A stretch of 64,000 nt of DNA. Origin: Leidyana gryllorum EB-2025a. Taxonomy: Eukaryota > Protista > Apicomplexa. The position numbers were made by a program, and so were the translations under genes. The stretch spans positions 62,001 through 126,000 of the forward strand of contig JBLWGC010000121.1 of the NCBI GenBank assembly GCA_048772705.1, in the 5' to 3' direction. Position 1 is the first letter of the stretch, and each line of letters begins with the position of its first letter. The notes beneath the pieces are model-generated. The model made no database searches and had not been told where the DNA came from. It saw only the letters and a program-made list of their open reading frames with translations. This document shows positions 11,418 to 24,158 of the stretch, piece by piece.

Positions 11418-14112
11418 ATGGCAACGGACGAAGGGAACACTAGTAATAACTCGTTTCGTAACAACTACACCTCAGTCTTTCGATTCAAGACCAACTTCGA
11501 AGATGAGGAGGTAAACTGCCGATGCACATGGCGTAGAAGCAAGCTAAGCGGCCTAAATGTTATTATATGCAATGTGCCCTCGGATTGCGTCTTTGGAACA
11601 TTCACCTTCCTGACCAAGGTACTCTACCTCCAGCATTACATGCATCTATCTATATGTTTCTTATCCAATGTCATCAGACTGATTCGAATAAGCCCCTTGC
11701 TGCGTGCGTTCAACGACTCACTTGGTGCGGCAGCGAGAACTTTCCGCCAAGTAATCATACCCTCAATCAAAGCTTCAGCCTAAACTGCCATGCAGACTTT
11801 GTTGAACGCGTGGGGAGAACATTGCCGAACGCCTTCGCTGGCTCTACCTTACATGCGGACCGCAGTGTTTATACTATTAATGCAGAGTCAGATCGCGGCT
11901 TATTGGCGCTTCTCCCTCGTGAGACTCATCTTATATTAGCCACCGAATCCTCTCACATTTGAATCGCAAACAGCCTATCTTGATGCACTATTTCTACCAT
12001 CTATGACGGAGAACGACTTCCGGGAACAGATATACAATCCTAGAACAAGTAAACCAACAGACTCCTCTCCAAGCAATCACAAACAATCGCATAGGCAAAG
12101 GCAAACCTGGGGGCGAAATGTACAAAGAGCTGACCACGCAATCAACAACCGGCAGCTTACAGGGGATCGAATGGTGCGTTCGAACCTACTCCTCACACAT
12201 ATACAAACATTTTATATACTAGTGAGATATATCCTAAGGACAGCCCGTACCACTTTCCGTGCCGAGGATCTGCCGAAGCACTGGCAACCGTGACCCTCGC
12301 CGAAGTACGAGAATATCATCGGTGGTACTATAGGTGAGCATTCAGACCTGGCCTTCAATGTAATGTTACCAACACGCAATATGTGTGCCTTCCAAATGTG
12401 TGCTGTAATGTGTGTGCTTTTGGTGTCTCACCTCGGTACACACCTCTCCGGCGGTCGGTCGGCAACTGACGTGAGATACAGCAGTCGAATTGCGTCAATG
12501 CTCCCCGGTTGCTGCTATTTTTTCCCCGTTATACGTCCCTGACTAATTGTTTCGAACCTGGCACGATATGAATCTGCTGATCAGACCAAGCAACTGCTTC
12601 ATGATTTTGGCTGGATCCATTGATACCGATGATATACTTGAAGTTCTGTATAAATTCGAAAGTGAGCTGCCACCAGCTATGCTGGAGCTCTCGAGAAGAG
12701 ATTCATGCAAAATCGTGGCCCCGAAAGTTCCACCCATCTTGGTGCAGCCACCACGAGAAGGAGCTATTGAGCGGGCTATGCAACCCCTATTTATGCCTAG
12801 GCGACAGGAGAGTGAAGCCCCAAAGGCGGTCGTCCGGTTTACCAAGGAGGTAATTGAGGTGGAGCGCGTCAAGGATACGATGGCCCAAGCTGAACGCGAG
12901 GGTATCCCCGAGGGCGGCAAGCCGTTCTTCAATGTCCATCTAGCCCTGCAGGGCCCGGACCTATTGCGGCATCTAGAATGGACCGCTTTCAATTTCTTGA
13001 TCAACCTGCTCAAGACTTCGTTGAACGAAATGCAGAACGAAGGATTGGATGATGATGATCCTTTTGAGGGTCAATCTTTTAACCCCAGCGCATGGAGTAG
13101 GCTGACCCTGAATACGGAGGAACGAAAGTTCCCGCTCGCTGCCCTTACGCTGCCTGGAGTATCCGAGGAAGGGATAGAGGGCACCGCGAAGCAGTTTGAG
13201 GATCTTATTGCTGTAAGCCGATAAAGATCATAGATGAGAGTCAGATCTCATTCACCTACAGAGGTTTTGGGTGAAGGGCGATCCTTTGTGCCTCAACGAT
13301 CCTGAAAATCTTCGACGATTGTTGGATGCAGCCTGTGAGCGCTACCGAGAGCAACTGTCCTGGCGGGCGGAGTTCGACAGTGAGTGTTGTGGGCGGCGGG
13401 CCTCATCGTGAACACTCCCAGTCGTCATGTCACTCACGCTGTGGGTATCAAGTTGTGCGGCGGACGAGGCAGGTGCAGATGCGAGTTTCTTGTCAGCCCT
13501 TCACCCAGCTACAGATTACAGGGCGTTACGGGAAAAGCCGAGCGCCTGGTGGTTGGATTTTGTGCAAACATACTTAAGTAATGGTGTGTCGGTAAGGATC
13601 GGAGTGAGTGAGGCGGGTGTAAAGCTTTACTGCAGCTAATAGAGTTAGCTCGTGTTAGCTTGGGGGCCCACGAGTTGAAAATCGACCCGAACAAGCGTTC
13701 ATCGCGCTGGACTCTATCGTCCGCCGCGTCTGATCGCGGATTTCCACGCGATTTGAAGGAGATGAAAGAGTGTCGATGGGTAAGTGGCAATCGTTATTCG
13801 TTCTCAATTGTCCCTCGTGGTGCCCCCTTCGTTCACAAAATAAGTGATGTGATCCCTGTTCGGCTGGCTATTTTCGCTTTGGCGGAGATCGGTATCGCAA
13901 AGGATGGAACTGGCTGTCGGTCGCCGCCGACGCGATATGTGTACTGAAGGACGACACCCAGCCAGCGTTTGCTGAGCTGCTTGTGCGCTCGATCGTGTGT
14001 TTCTGTCTCTGTGTGTGTGAAATGTGTGCGACTATGTTTGCAGGAGACGGACGGGACCGTGGAGGCATACATAGAGTCTCTGGGTGGACGCGCGGCCCTG
14101 CAGACGGCGTAG
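11418..14112 (+). CDS. M16 peptidase-like paralogue lacking the zinc-binding motif (pseudo-peptidase), multi-exon
   Basis: Aligns by eye with the N-terminus of the gene at 1-3460: RSKLSGLNVIIC vs RSRKTGIAVILA; TDSNKPLAACVQRLTWCGSENFP vs GDSDAGEPHCLEHLIFRGSQRYP; DRSVYT vs DRTVYT; RPSNCFMILAGSID vs KPSNMVILVVGQVD. Many GT-AG introns; the 3' exons are uncertain. Confidence 0.7.
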
Positions 14113-14278
14113 TGGATGGAGCGGCACATTTGCGCAAATTTACGGGAACTTTCTTTCTCTTCTCTCTTAACTTTTCTCTTTCTTCTTGCCTTTCTGACTG
14201 GAGAAGGTTGATATGTTTGAAAATGATGTGGGTTGATTAAGTGGCAGCGTTTTTTTGCCGGAACCTGGCGAATTTTCT

Positions 14279-14632
14279 ATGGCGACGCGAGCGCCCTCGA
14301 GCGTTTCGTCTGCGACGTCGGTACTTGTGAGCAAGGAGAAGGTGGAGTTGAGGTGGTGCTGGACGGAAACGTCTTCACTACGCATTGATCTGCGGTGTCC
14401 TGCGGATGAAGTAGTAGCGATTCGGCGAACTTTGGCTCTGAAAGCTTTGGAGGGGTGGATAGCTCCCGAAAAGTGGTTGCTCGCCGCCTGGGAGCTTGAA
14501 CAGAGCCGTTCGGCACTCTCGGAGCTTGAATATGAGACACAGGAGCGCAAGTTGCGCAAGCGATTGATGAAGAAGATCCCCAAGGCGGCCAAAAAGGAGA
14601 TCAGACAGATAGAGAAGCGATTAGCCTTATAA
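14279..14632 (+). CDS. Hypothetical basic protein
   Basis: ATG-started 117-aa ORF with a helical Lys/Arg-rich C-terminus that fills the gap between neighbouring genes. No homology recognised. Confidence 0.45.
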   Translation: MATRAPSSVSSATSVLVSKEKVELRWCWTETSSLRIDLRCPADEVVAIRRTLALKALEGWIAPEKWLLAAWELEQSRSALSELEYETQERKLRKRLMKKIPKAAKKEIRQIEKRLAL

Positions 14633-14685
14633 TTTTACCTATCCACCATTGCCTGACGAAAAGCCGCCACCGTATTGCTGGCGAT

Positions 14686-15786
14686 ATGTTCTGGCATTCA
14701 AAGAAAGACAGTTCGGATATATCGTCTTCCCCCTCTCCCTTGACCGCATTCGGAGGGGGCGGGAAATCGTCGGTCGTCAAGTCATCTACCAGTCGACAAA
14801 TACAACAACCCCCAAGTACTCCCTCTACTACGACGGCCTCGAGCTCGTCACCGCCCGCCCAGAAACTATCCGTAGTTAATGCCAGCACCTTCTTCCAACA
14901 ACACCCTCTCACTCCACCCCCCTTACCCCCCAATCTAGACTATGACTTTGACAGCCCGGCGGCGCCTCCCCTCACAGCCAAGACTGCTCGACACATAAGT
15001 CGGCGCCGTGGAACCGAACAACCCAAAGGCATTACTGAACGCCATTCTGAGGAGAAACGACGGGCCTCCGACTTCCGCGGCCCTGCACCTGTCGCTGCGA
15101 GACGAAGCCCGCGTACTACTATCCCCACCAAGGAGCCACTTTTGACGCAATCTGCCAGTCCCGTAGTCAAGCAGTTACAGCCAGCGAATGAAGTGTACAT
15201 ACTACCCACAACTCGTACTACTGGAGGTACCCGCACTGCTCGGACGCTCCAACCAGGTTCTCCTCGTTCAATGACCTCATCTCAACAACAACCGTTATAC
15301 TCGAAACCCCATCCCGATTATCAAGAGCGGATCATGCGCTTACAGTCGTCGCCCGACAAATACCGAGATGAAGTTGTCGCGGAACTGTTCTCCGAAGTCA
15401 AACGCGTTCCAGTTGGAGGACTCACATCCCGCAGACGCTCCTTCGAACCAAACAGGGACACAGCCATGACGGCCGCCACTGTCGCTGCATTATTGGAATC
15501 CGCTAATACAGAACTTGATCGACCTTTGAAAGACGTCACTGGCGCTCTACGCGATTGTGACGCCGCCATGGAGCGCTCCGTGGATATCGCCCATCAAGCC
15601 ACTGAACGACAAAGTGACTCAGCCCCGCAGCTCATCACTACTGTGGCCAAGGTAAGTTGGGGTCGGCTGTCCTCTTCAATATCATCAATCTGCGATCACT
15701 TGCCACTCAATAATACTGGTCACATCGAGCCCCGATCGATCTGTAGGATCCGATCGCGATCAATGCTGTCGTTCTATAATCTCCAT

Positions 15787-15822
<36 letters not shown>

Positions 15823-18800
15823 CGTGAGAGCGTGTGTGTTTCTCGCCAACTACTCCTCAGCCCCTCATTACTGCATCTTCGCTCGCTTATTTCTCTCGTC
15901 CTCCACACAGATCTCGCGAAAGAAGCAGAATGTCACTGCTAAAGGAGCGCAAGGAAGAGCCAAAGCGGCAACCGCTGCAGTCGATACTGGCGTTACCAGG
16001 CTGATGGCTCAAGCGCTCAGTCCTAGATTTGTGACCATGATGCCCCCCGAATTCGCCGCTGATGCTCTGGCGATCCTGAGTAATGGTCTGGCTTGTCAAG
16101 CCACCCGAGCTGCCACTCGGCAAAGTGTGTTAGAAGCGAACGTCCCTGCAACAGCTGAGAATATTGTGAAAGACCCCAAGTCTATCCCGGCTGCCAGAGA
16201 AGCCGCCACCGAGTTCGGCGTTCACTTCGCTGAAAACCCTGCTGACAGGGAGTTTCTGGCCAAGGTGAGCACAATTGTCCTCGCAGATCTTCTCGACCAA
16301 AGGGAATCCTTCACAGAATCATCCTGCACTCCTTGCTGAGGAACAGACCATTGCCCTGCCGATGCTGATGCGCGTGGTGAGGCGCAAGGTCGGCGCGGGC
16401 AAAACGGGGAACGGTAGTGGAAGCCAAAACATGCTCCCGTCGTTAGGGCAAGTCCGTGTGACTAAGCCCAAACGAGATCGAGCTGACACAGACGGCTCTG
16501 ATGACCTGGCGGACATCATTGCGCGCTTTGAAAACCCGCAGACACTCAAGGATCCCGAGGCGGCTGGCGCATTCGTAAGTCATTGGGTGGCCATCAGCAG
16601 TGTGAGACGGCTTTTCAGGCTGAATTAGTATCCACATATGCAGCAAAAAGGAGAGCTGTAAAGGTTGTGGATGCCGGAGGTCATGAGCTTTTGCTCAAAC
16701 TCCTCAAGATCCACGCGGACGAGCCTCTGGTGGTTGGATCTATTCTCGATGCTTTTTCATATCTCTGCGAAGACGATACTTTCATGCAGTTCTTCACTGC
16801 TGATAACGTGCCCCCTGTTGTGAAGGTACAGCGGCAGCACGTGTCTCCGTGTGTGCACACACTCCCTCCCTCTCTCTTCTTAGGCCCACGCAATCGCTGA
16901 TGATCCCGACTGTGTGTACAAGTATGTTGACCTGTTAGAAGACCTCGTCGTTTTTGGTACGGACGAGGCTCGCGGGAAGATTGCCAAGGCGAAGGTTCTC
17001 GCGGACTTGGATTTCCTGGAAGAGAAGGCGGATCCCGAAGAGGTGCCGCTTTTGATCAGCATTGGAGACATCCGGAAATGTCTGGTACCCGAGGAGAATC
17101 CTTTGACCTTGAAGGAGGTATACTCCATTCTAATGTCTCGACAATACAATGACGAGTCTCTCAACATTGTAGAGGTGGGTGAAAAGGGATATGGGTAGGA
17201 GACATATTGTGTTGTGTGCAGGAGAGATCTGTGAAGAGGTTGTTTAACTTCGTGCGGAAGAAAGTGCGAGAGTACGGAGTGGAGGGACCAATTACAGACG
17301 GCGTGTTCAGTTTTACGGCCTCTGAGCTGATGTATGGATGTATGTCCTTCCAGCTATTGGCTTCTGTTGAAGATAATCACGCACTCTTCAAGCAATATGA
17401 CATACCTCAGCTCATGTTGGATGTGATGCGGACGCAACCTGATGAGCAGATTGCACAGCACGCAGTTCTAACAGCCGCAGAATTAGCCCAGCACGAGACG
17501 CTGGTGAATTTGTTCGTCGACAGCGACGACAAGAAGACTTTGATTGTTCAAACGCTGAAACGCGGGCGAAAAGCGGTCGAGAATGACGTATACAATGATG
17601 TCGAGGATCTGGTTGGCCCACGTGTCCAACTCATCGAGCGTACTGCCGTGAAGCGTGATACATATGCGGGTACTGAGGCCGTTCAGCAACTCGTGGAGAC
17701 TTGGGACGACTATGAGTACTATTTCTTTGGCAACATCCGCGTCAAGAACAAACAGGACCTGAACCTCATCTTCAAGGCGGACCGCAAAGACAAACGAAAG
17801 GCTAAAATGGCTAAACGCTTACATAGGAACCACGAGCACCACTACCATCAGTCGACTGATGGCGCCCCGCTCAGTGGCGAGTCCTCAAGACGGCGTAAAT
17901 CCATTGTGAATCGCGCATCTCAATTCATTCGACGGAAGGAAACTGACGAAGATCGTCCTTCGCGACCGTCAGTGATGTCTCCGTTAGAGCGTCGCAAGTC
18001 TATCGTTGGGGGTCAGCAGCCGCCGCCAACCCCTTCTCCTTTGGAGAGACGCAAATCAGTGGTTCCCGGAGGCATCTCTAACGCTCGTCGTCAATCTCTC
18101 GGCAATGCTCTCCCGATCACAAACACTGAGTCTCAGCATCCGGGGCTGATGCGCAGGGCATCTCAGTTCTTTGGCGCTGCGAAACCGGAGCCTCAGGGCC
18201 CGACGGGTGTGCTGGGTGCTGGTGGGACGATTGCTCAGGCGCGTCAAGCTGCTAGCGGTAACGCTCCGTTGCAGCGTCGCGGATCTTTCTTCGCCCGAGG
18301 CAGTCTGGCGGCGGCGCCCGCAGTGATGCCGAGCTCCCCGGACAAGCGTCGGGCTTCTCTTCTGCAGCGGCGGGCGTCTATGAGTCCCCCGGTGGCAGAT
18401 TTGTCGCACATGCCGCAACGGAGGCCGACGCGGAAGAGCTCAATCGCCAGCTCTGTGTATGATGGCCACACAGTGAATGGGAGCTTCAAATCAGGTCGTT
18501 CATTCGGTTCCGAGAGCAGATGGTCTGACTTTGACTTTGAGGGTGCTGAGTTGAGTGACCAATTTGTGCCGCACATGTTGGAGTATGTGTTCAAAGCTCT
18601 TCGGCGTACGGTGGGTGTGACGGAAGTTTCGGTTCTGAGAAAGGCGAATGTACCGATGCGATTGGTTGGACTGATAGCCGACCAAGAGACTCCCCCGGCG
18701 GCCTTCCCAGATATCTTATACCTGATTGGTATGCTGGCTGGGACTGACAAGACGCTAAAGGAAGAGTTCGGCGACTATAAAGCTGTGGAGAAGGCGTGTT

Positions 18801-21800
18801 CCTTGTTGAAGCGGGCGTATCGTCAACAGGGAGCGTATGTGAGTGAAGTGGTGACGAACGCTTGTTTATGTTTGGCAACGCTGTGTGTGGTGCATTTGCC
18901 GAATACTCGGAGGTTCGAGAAGAAGAAGGGTCCGCAGCTGACAGTGGATGCGTTGCGAGCTCGAGGAGACTACAACGACACTCAGGCGGTGAACGCGGCG
19001 TCGGCTTTGATCTGTAACTTGTGTTACAAGAATGAGTCGATGAAGGCCGTTCTGGGTGAGGCGGGTGCTTCGGAAGCTTTGGTGCGGGCGATGGCCAAGT
19101 ACGAGTCGACCGGGAGCAAAGCCGAAGGCACTCGTTGTATCTCGTCTCTGTTCAAAGCCATCGGGAACTTGTCGCTGAACCAAAAGAATATGGAGAAGTT
19201 GATGGCATCTGATGTGGAGATCGCTTACAGCAGTTTCCTCGGACAAGTTGATGGCGAGTTGGATGACAGCACTCTGGAGGCTGCGTTACGTACATTGTCG
19301 AATCTGGTGATTGAGAAGGATAATATGGAGCGATTCGCTCCAGTGGTTGTACCGTTTTTGTCAATGTTGCGAAGAGAGAGGACGACGAGTACAGATGTCC
19401 ATCGCTGGGCATTTATGACATTGGCTGGTTTATGTCGTCGTCCCAAGAACGCTCAATCGTTTTGCGAGAACGATGGTGTGCGGACAGTGATGAAGTTGGT
19501 GCCGTATTTGGAGCGAACCCCCGGGCTTCGTGCATCAATAATCTGTCTGTTGGGTATCCAGACGACGCATCCCCCTAACGTGAAGGTGTTGGTTGACAAC
19601 GGAGTGTTTTATGTGATCGCTGAGACTCTGCGCGAGTTTCTGGAAATGTTGGAGAAGAAACCCCAGGCCGCCGACGCGTTGGCGTCGACTCACCACTCGG
19701 CTGTGGAAGGGATGGATCAACAGACGAGCGATATTTTGGCGTTCTCCCAACTGCCAATCTCATCGCTGCGTTGCGCACATCGCTGCTTGACACACCGAGA
19801 AGCTGCACAGGAGTGTATCAAGGAGGGCGTGTTCGAACTCGCTCAAAAGGTGATGATGAAGTCGGCCTTCCAGCCAATGCTCACCTACGAGACGTTGCGA
19901 GTCATCTTTGGCTGCATGAGTCTATTGGATCCAGATCACTTTAGCCGACGATCCGACTTCCCCTTCCTCAACAATGTTGTGGTGGGGCACAAGGACAAGG
20001 GAGTCGAGACTTTCGATGAGGTCCTGCACGAGTGGGGCAACGCCGAGCTCGAGGCTCTGCAGGACGGAGAGGACCCGACGCCCACCGAGCCGCCGTACGT
20101 TGATCCCACGGAGCCCGAGTGGCTGCTTACATTGGGTGACCACGTCCGTCGGCCTCACGGACATCGAATTTGGGAAGAGCTGAAAATGACACCCAATATG
20201 CTTGCAATGTGTGAATCTATCCGAAAGATAGCATCTAATGAGAAGGCACAACGAAATGTCCGTCTACAGCGCTGCGCACTCGGTGCACTCGCCTGGATTA
20301 GCTGCGAACGGGTGTGCGTGCCTTCGCTCTTCCGGCGGCTACACATACCCATTGATCCGGATCTCCATTGCCCCGCAGAGGACGCTGAGGAGGAAGTTGA
20401 AAGTGTGGCTACGCCACCTCCGTTGCAGCGACGGAAATCCATTTGGGATACTTTGAAGCGTGACAAGACACAGGCGCATATCACTATAGAAGAGCCACCC
20501 AGCTCTGGAGTAGATCACTCTTATTCCAAGGCTCCCCCACCCATCGCCCGACGAAAGTCGGTCTGGGACGCTTTCAAGAGAGACAAGACCGAAGCCCGCT
20601 TGGAACGCAAAACCGGCTTTGGACGTCAACGCAAGACTGACAATACCAGTATTGTCGATCTCGTACGTCGTACTCTCCAGAACCTGTGGTTCGACAGCGA
20701 CTGTATTGATCTCGTAAGTGGCCCACACCAACAAAAGTCGAACAGATCGGCGTCGCTGGGTGTCTCCCCCTCTGTCCCCCTCTGTCCCCATCTGTCCCCC
20801 TCTCCAACCCCCCCCCAGGTGATGATTTTACTGAATAACTGTATCTGGGCGTGCTTTGGCCACCAAGACCTCGCTCCCTTACTCGCTGAAGTCGAGCTGT
20901 ACAAGGAGCTCAAAGCCTTCATTGATCGGAACGAAGAGAAGGTCAAAGCATATTGGCTGTTCACTCTGAAGAACTATAAACGATTCATGCAGACTCGTGA
21001 GATACTTACTATTGGTTGTTGGTGTGTGATTTCCTTCCGTCCGTTTCAGAGGGAAAGTTCCACCCCATTGATGACTGCTCAGATTTCTCGGATATCAGTC
21101 ACTTTAGTCGGAGTCCTGCAGGGCGGGAGGGCACTGTGAAGCCGTCTCGGACTCAAATGGACATCCCGGGTATACCAAGACGCCAATATCTGACAGGCGA
21201 AGACTTGGGTCTGATGCATGCTCTGGCGCTCACATCTTTCCCGATGGACTTGACGCAGTGGGATATCGATCCATTCCCGGACGGAGTCCAAAGTCTCCCG
21301 GCGGAGACGCGCAAGAAGCTGAGAAGTGGGGGCAAATGCGAATACATCGACGCATCGGGCAAGCGGAACTACTTTTACTACAAGTCGTCCCACGACCTGG
21401 TGTAAGTGATGCTGACAGCCAGCGCTCTCCACAATTGGATGTGACAGGTTGTTTGAATGGAAGATTGTCCCACTGGACGCCAAGAATAAGGAGGTCGACC
21501 CACAGTATCCGCACGCCTTGGCAATCTCTCGTTTCTATGCGATGAACTCGGGGGTCGATCACGTCAATTTTCATCGTGGAATGCAATTTGACCGTGGCAG
21601 TGAGTTGAGACGTCCTTTGGCCACCAATCTCCCACCCCCCTCAGTCACCGAGTCTAAATGTTGTTTGCTGCGCGGACCAGCCATAGCCTCTCAGCCGGAA
21701 GGTGTGACACTGAGTCTGAAGTTCAAAGACTCACATCACCGCGACTACTTCATCACGGTCATGGGCCACTGGCGCGAAGCTTGCGCATTTGGCTTCATAT

Positions 21801-21802
21801 GA
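14686..21802 (+). CDS. Glideosome-associated connector (GAC)-like armadillo-repeat protein with C-terminal PH domain, multi-exon
   Basis: ARM segments resemble apicomplexan GAC as recalled (TWDDY; VFKALRR; FPDILYLIG; NAASALICNLCYKNESMK; FKAIGNLSL; RTLSNLVIE). The PH-like end reads WDIDPFPDGVQSLP..LRSGGK..KSSHDL..EWKI...LRGPA..PEGVTL...WREA. About 8 GT-AG introns link ORFs 14686, 15794, 16275, 16583, 16914, 17207, 21016 and 21449. Confidence 0.8.
15789..15820. repeat. (GT)n microsatellite in first intron of the GAC-like gene
   Basis: About 15 perfect TG units are visible at 15789-15819. Confidence 0.9.
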
Positions 21803-21848
21803 TGGTACCTTTTTATATGTGAGCGAGCGTTTCTTAGATAAAAATAAG

Positions 21849-24145
21849 ATGGACAATGCGGCTAAACTACGACAAGCAGCAGGCTGGATGCAGCAACAGG
21901 CTGCAGCCGGCTATCAGGAAGTAGCCACCCGAGTCAAAGCTCGCCGAGACCAACGACTGGAAAACAGGGGTGGTAAGATCTATTTTTGGGATGCCGCCCA
22001 AACGATTCTTCAAAGGCGGAAGGGGAGGCCAGTCTGGGAGAGGTGACCCACCCCCACAATCCGCCGATGTCAACCCTCCTCCGAGCTACAACCAACAGCC
22101 ACAATATGCTGCCGGCCAACCCGACCCTCAGATACTGTATCATCAACAAAGCGGACCTCACCCTATGTACCATCATCAGCCCCCCTGGGCCCAGGGGGCA
22201 CCACCCCCTGTCTACCCACAAGGGATGTACCCGGCTGGCGGCCAACCACCGATGATGCAGCAGCAGCCGAGCTATCAAATGCCACCTCAACGGCTGGACT
22301 CCTATCAGCAGCCGAGACCCGCCGGCTCCTATCATACAATTCCAAGCTTCGGTGGAATGGTCGCCTCCGCTCCGGACCCAACCCCGAGCCCTCCTGTCCA
22401 TCTGCCTTCCTGGGTGGAGGCAGCCAACACTTCCCACCACTCTTCCAGCGGCAATTACCCCTCTAATATGCTTCAACAACAGCAGCAAATGCAGCAACAA
22501 CAACAGATACAAACTATCAACAATCAACCAGTGGTCAATCAGGCTGGTGCGCCCCCAAATGTTGGTACTGCCCAGAATCCATTGGCCGATCTCATTGGTA
22601 ACAATCTCTGGCAAAAACTACCCGGATGGCTCAAAATACAAACGAATGCCACATACACTCCTCAAGGTGTCTGCATTGCAGACGAAGACGAAAACGAGGA
22701 ACCCCTGCCCGTTAATAACAATGGTGCCCTTGTGGTCTCGCCGCTCAGACCTCAACAAGGAGAGAGTGAAGAAGTTTTGGTCGCGAGACTCATGAGAATG
22801 GTACCTGGAGTCAATCCATCCGAGGCAAAACAGTGAGTACCCTTCACATCTTCGACTAGATAAAGCCATTCAACAGAGCGTTGCGAGCCAATAACAATAA
22901 TATTGACGAAGCTGCTTCTGATCTTCTAGAATTGGCAACCGATAAAGCGTCCAAGGCACGCCAAGCCCAAGCGCTTTGCAACGCGACTATATATCAAGTC
23001 TTCCCAGGCGGAGTTGACTTGGGCGCGTCCACCTATCCGGATTGGCTCAAGTCGAATGCTCTCAATTGTACTGTGGCAGGAGCAGCGGCAGTCCAAGCCT
23101 TTGGCGCTGCAGGCGGCAAAGTGCCACCCTCAGGTATGTGTGTGTTGTGCTACAGGGCTGCTCAAACGCCAATGGTCAGACTGTGTGCTGTCCAAAGTGT
23201 GTGCTGCCCGTGTCTCCGTGTGTGCACTCTGCAGCAGAGTTCGTGATATCGATCGGATGATGTTGTCTCTGCCGCAGGTCGGAAGAAGGCTCTGCTCATT
23301 GGTGTGACTTATACGGGAACAAAGCAGGAGCTGAATGGGCCGATGCAAGACTTGAGAAGAATGAAAGAGTTTCTGACAAGAGTATGGGGAATTGGGGACA
23401 ATCCGACTACTTTGGTTTGTTTGTGTGAGTCGGACGAGAATATGAGGGCACAGAATATCTATCTGCCAACACGGAAGAACATCTTGGCGGCACTGACGTG
23501 GTTGGCTGATTGCAAGCCGGGCGATGCAACATTTTTCTACTTTAGTGGGCATGGGAGTCAAAAGAAGGCTCGGGACGGTTATCTGTATGAAAGCAATGGG
23601 ATGGACGAGACGATTCTGCCAATGGATTACAAGACTGCAGGCCAGATCCGTGACGATGACTTGGCCGACTACTATGCCAGACGTTTGCCTTCTGGCGCCA
23701 AAGGGGTGACTCTGTTGGATTGCTGTCATTCGGGGACTGGTTTGGATCTGCCGTATACTTGTGATCTGGCGACAGGCCGTTGGAAGCACTCGAAGCAAAA
23801 ATATACTTTCCCTGGAGACGTCACTTTAATTGCTGGGTGCCTGGCAGATCAGACATCGGCCGATCTGACGTTGGGGAACAATTCTAAGAAGGCCGGAGGA
23901 GCAATGACAATGGCATTCCTTTCAGCGTTGAGCTTCAAGCCCTTCGATCATACCTATAAGTCGCTTCTGAGAACGATGGCCAAAGCCTTGCAGACCCGCG
24001 GGTTCACCCAAGTCATCCAGTTGTCGAGCTCATGCGAGTTCGAGCTCTCCAGATTGTTTTCGTAAGTGCTCCTCTTCGGAACAGAATGGTCAATTTTCCT
24101 TTTCGCAGACTCGAGGACATTATGACTCATTCCGTCACAAAGTGA
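21849..24145 (+). CDS. Type I-like metacaspase with Pro/Gln-rich prodomain and UBA/CUE-like module
   Basis: RKKALLIGVTY, ELNGPMQD, His-Cys dyad YFSGHG and LLDCCHSGTGLDLPY, GC..DQTSAD and GAMT. UBA-like segment LMRMVPGVNPSEAKQALRANNNNIDEAA. Introns ~21973-22015, 22834-22876, 23133-23277 and 24062-24108. Confidence 0.92.
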
Positions 24146-24158
24146 TCTTTATTGCTCT

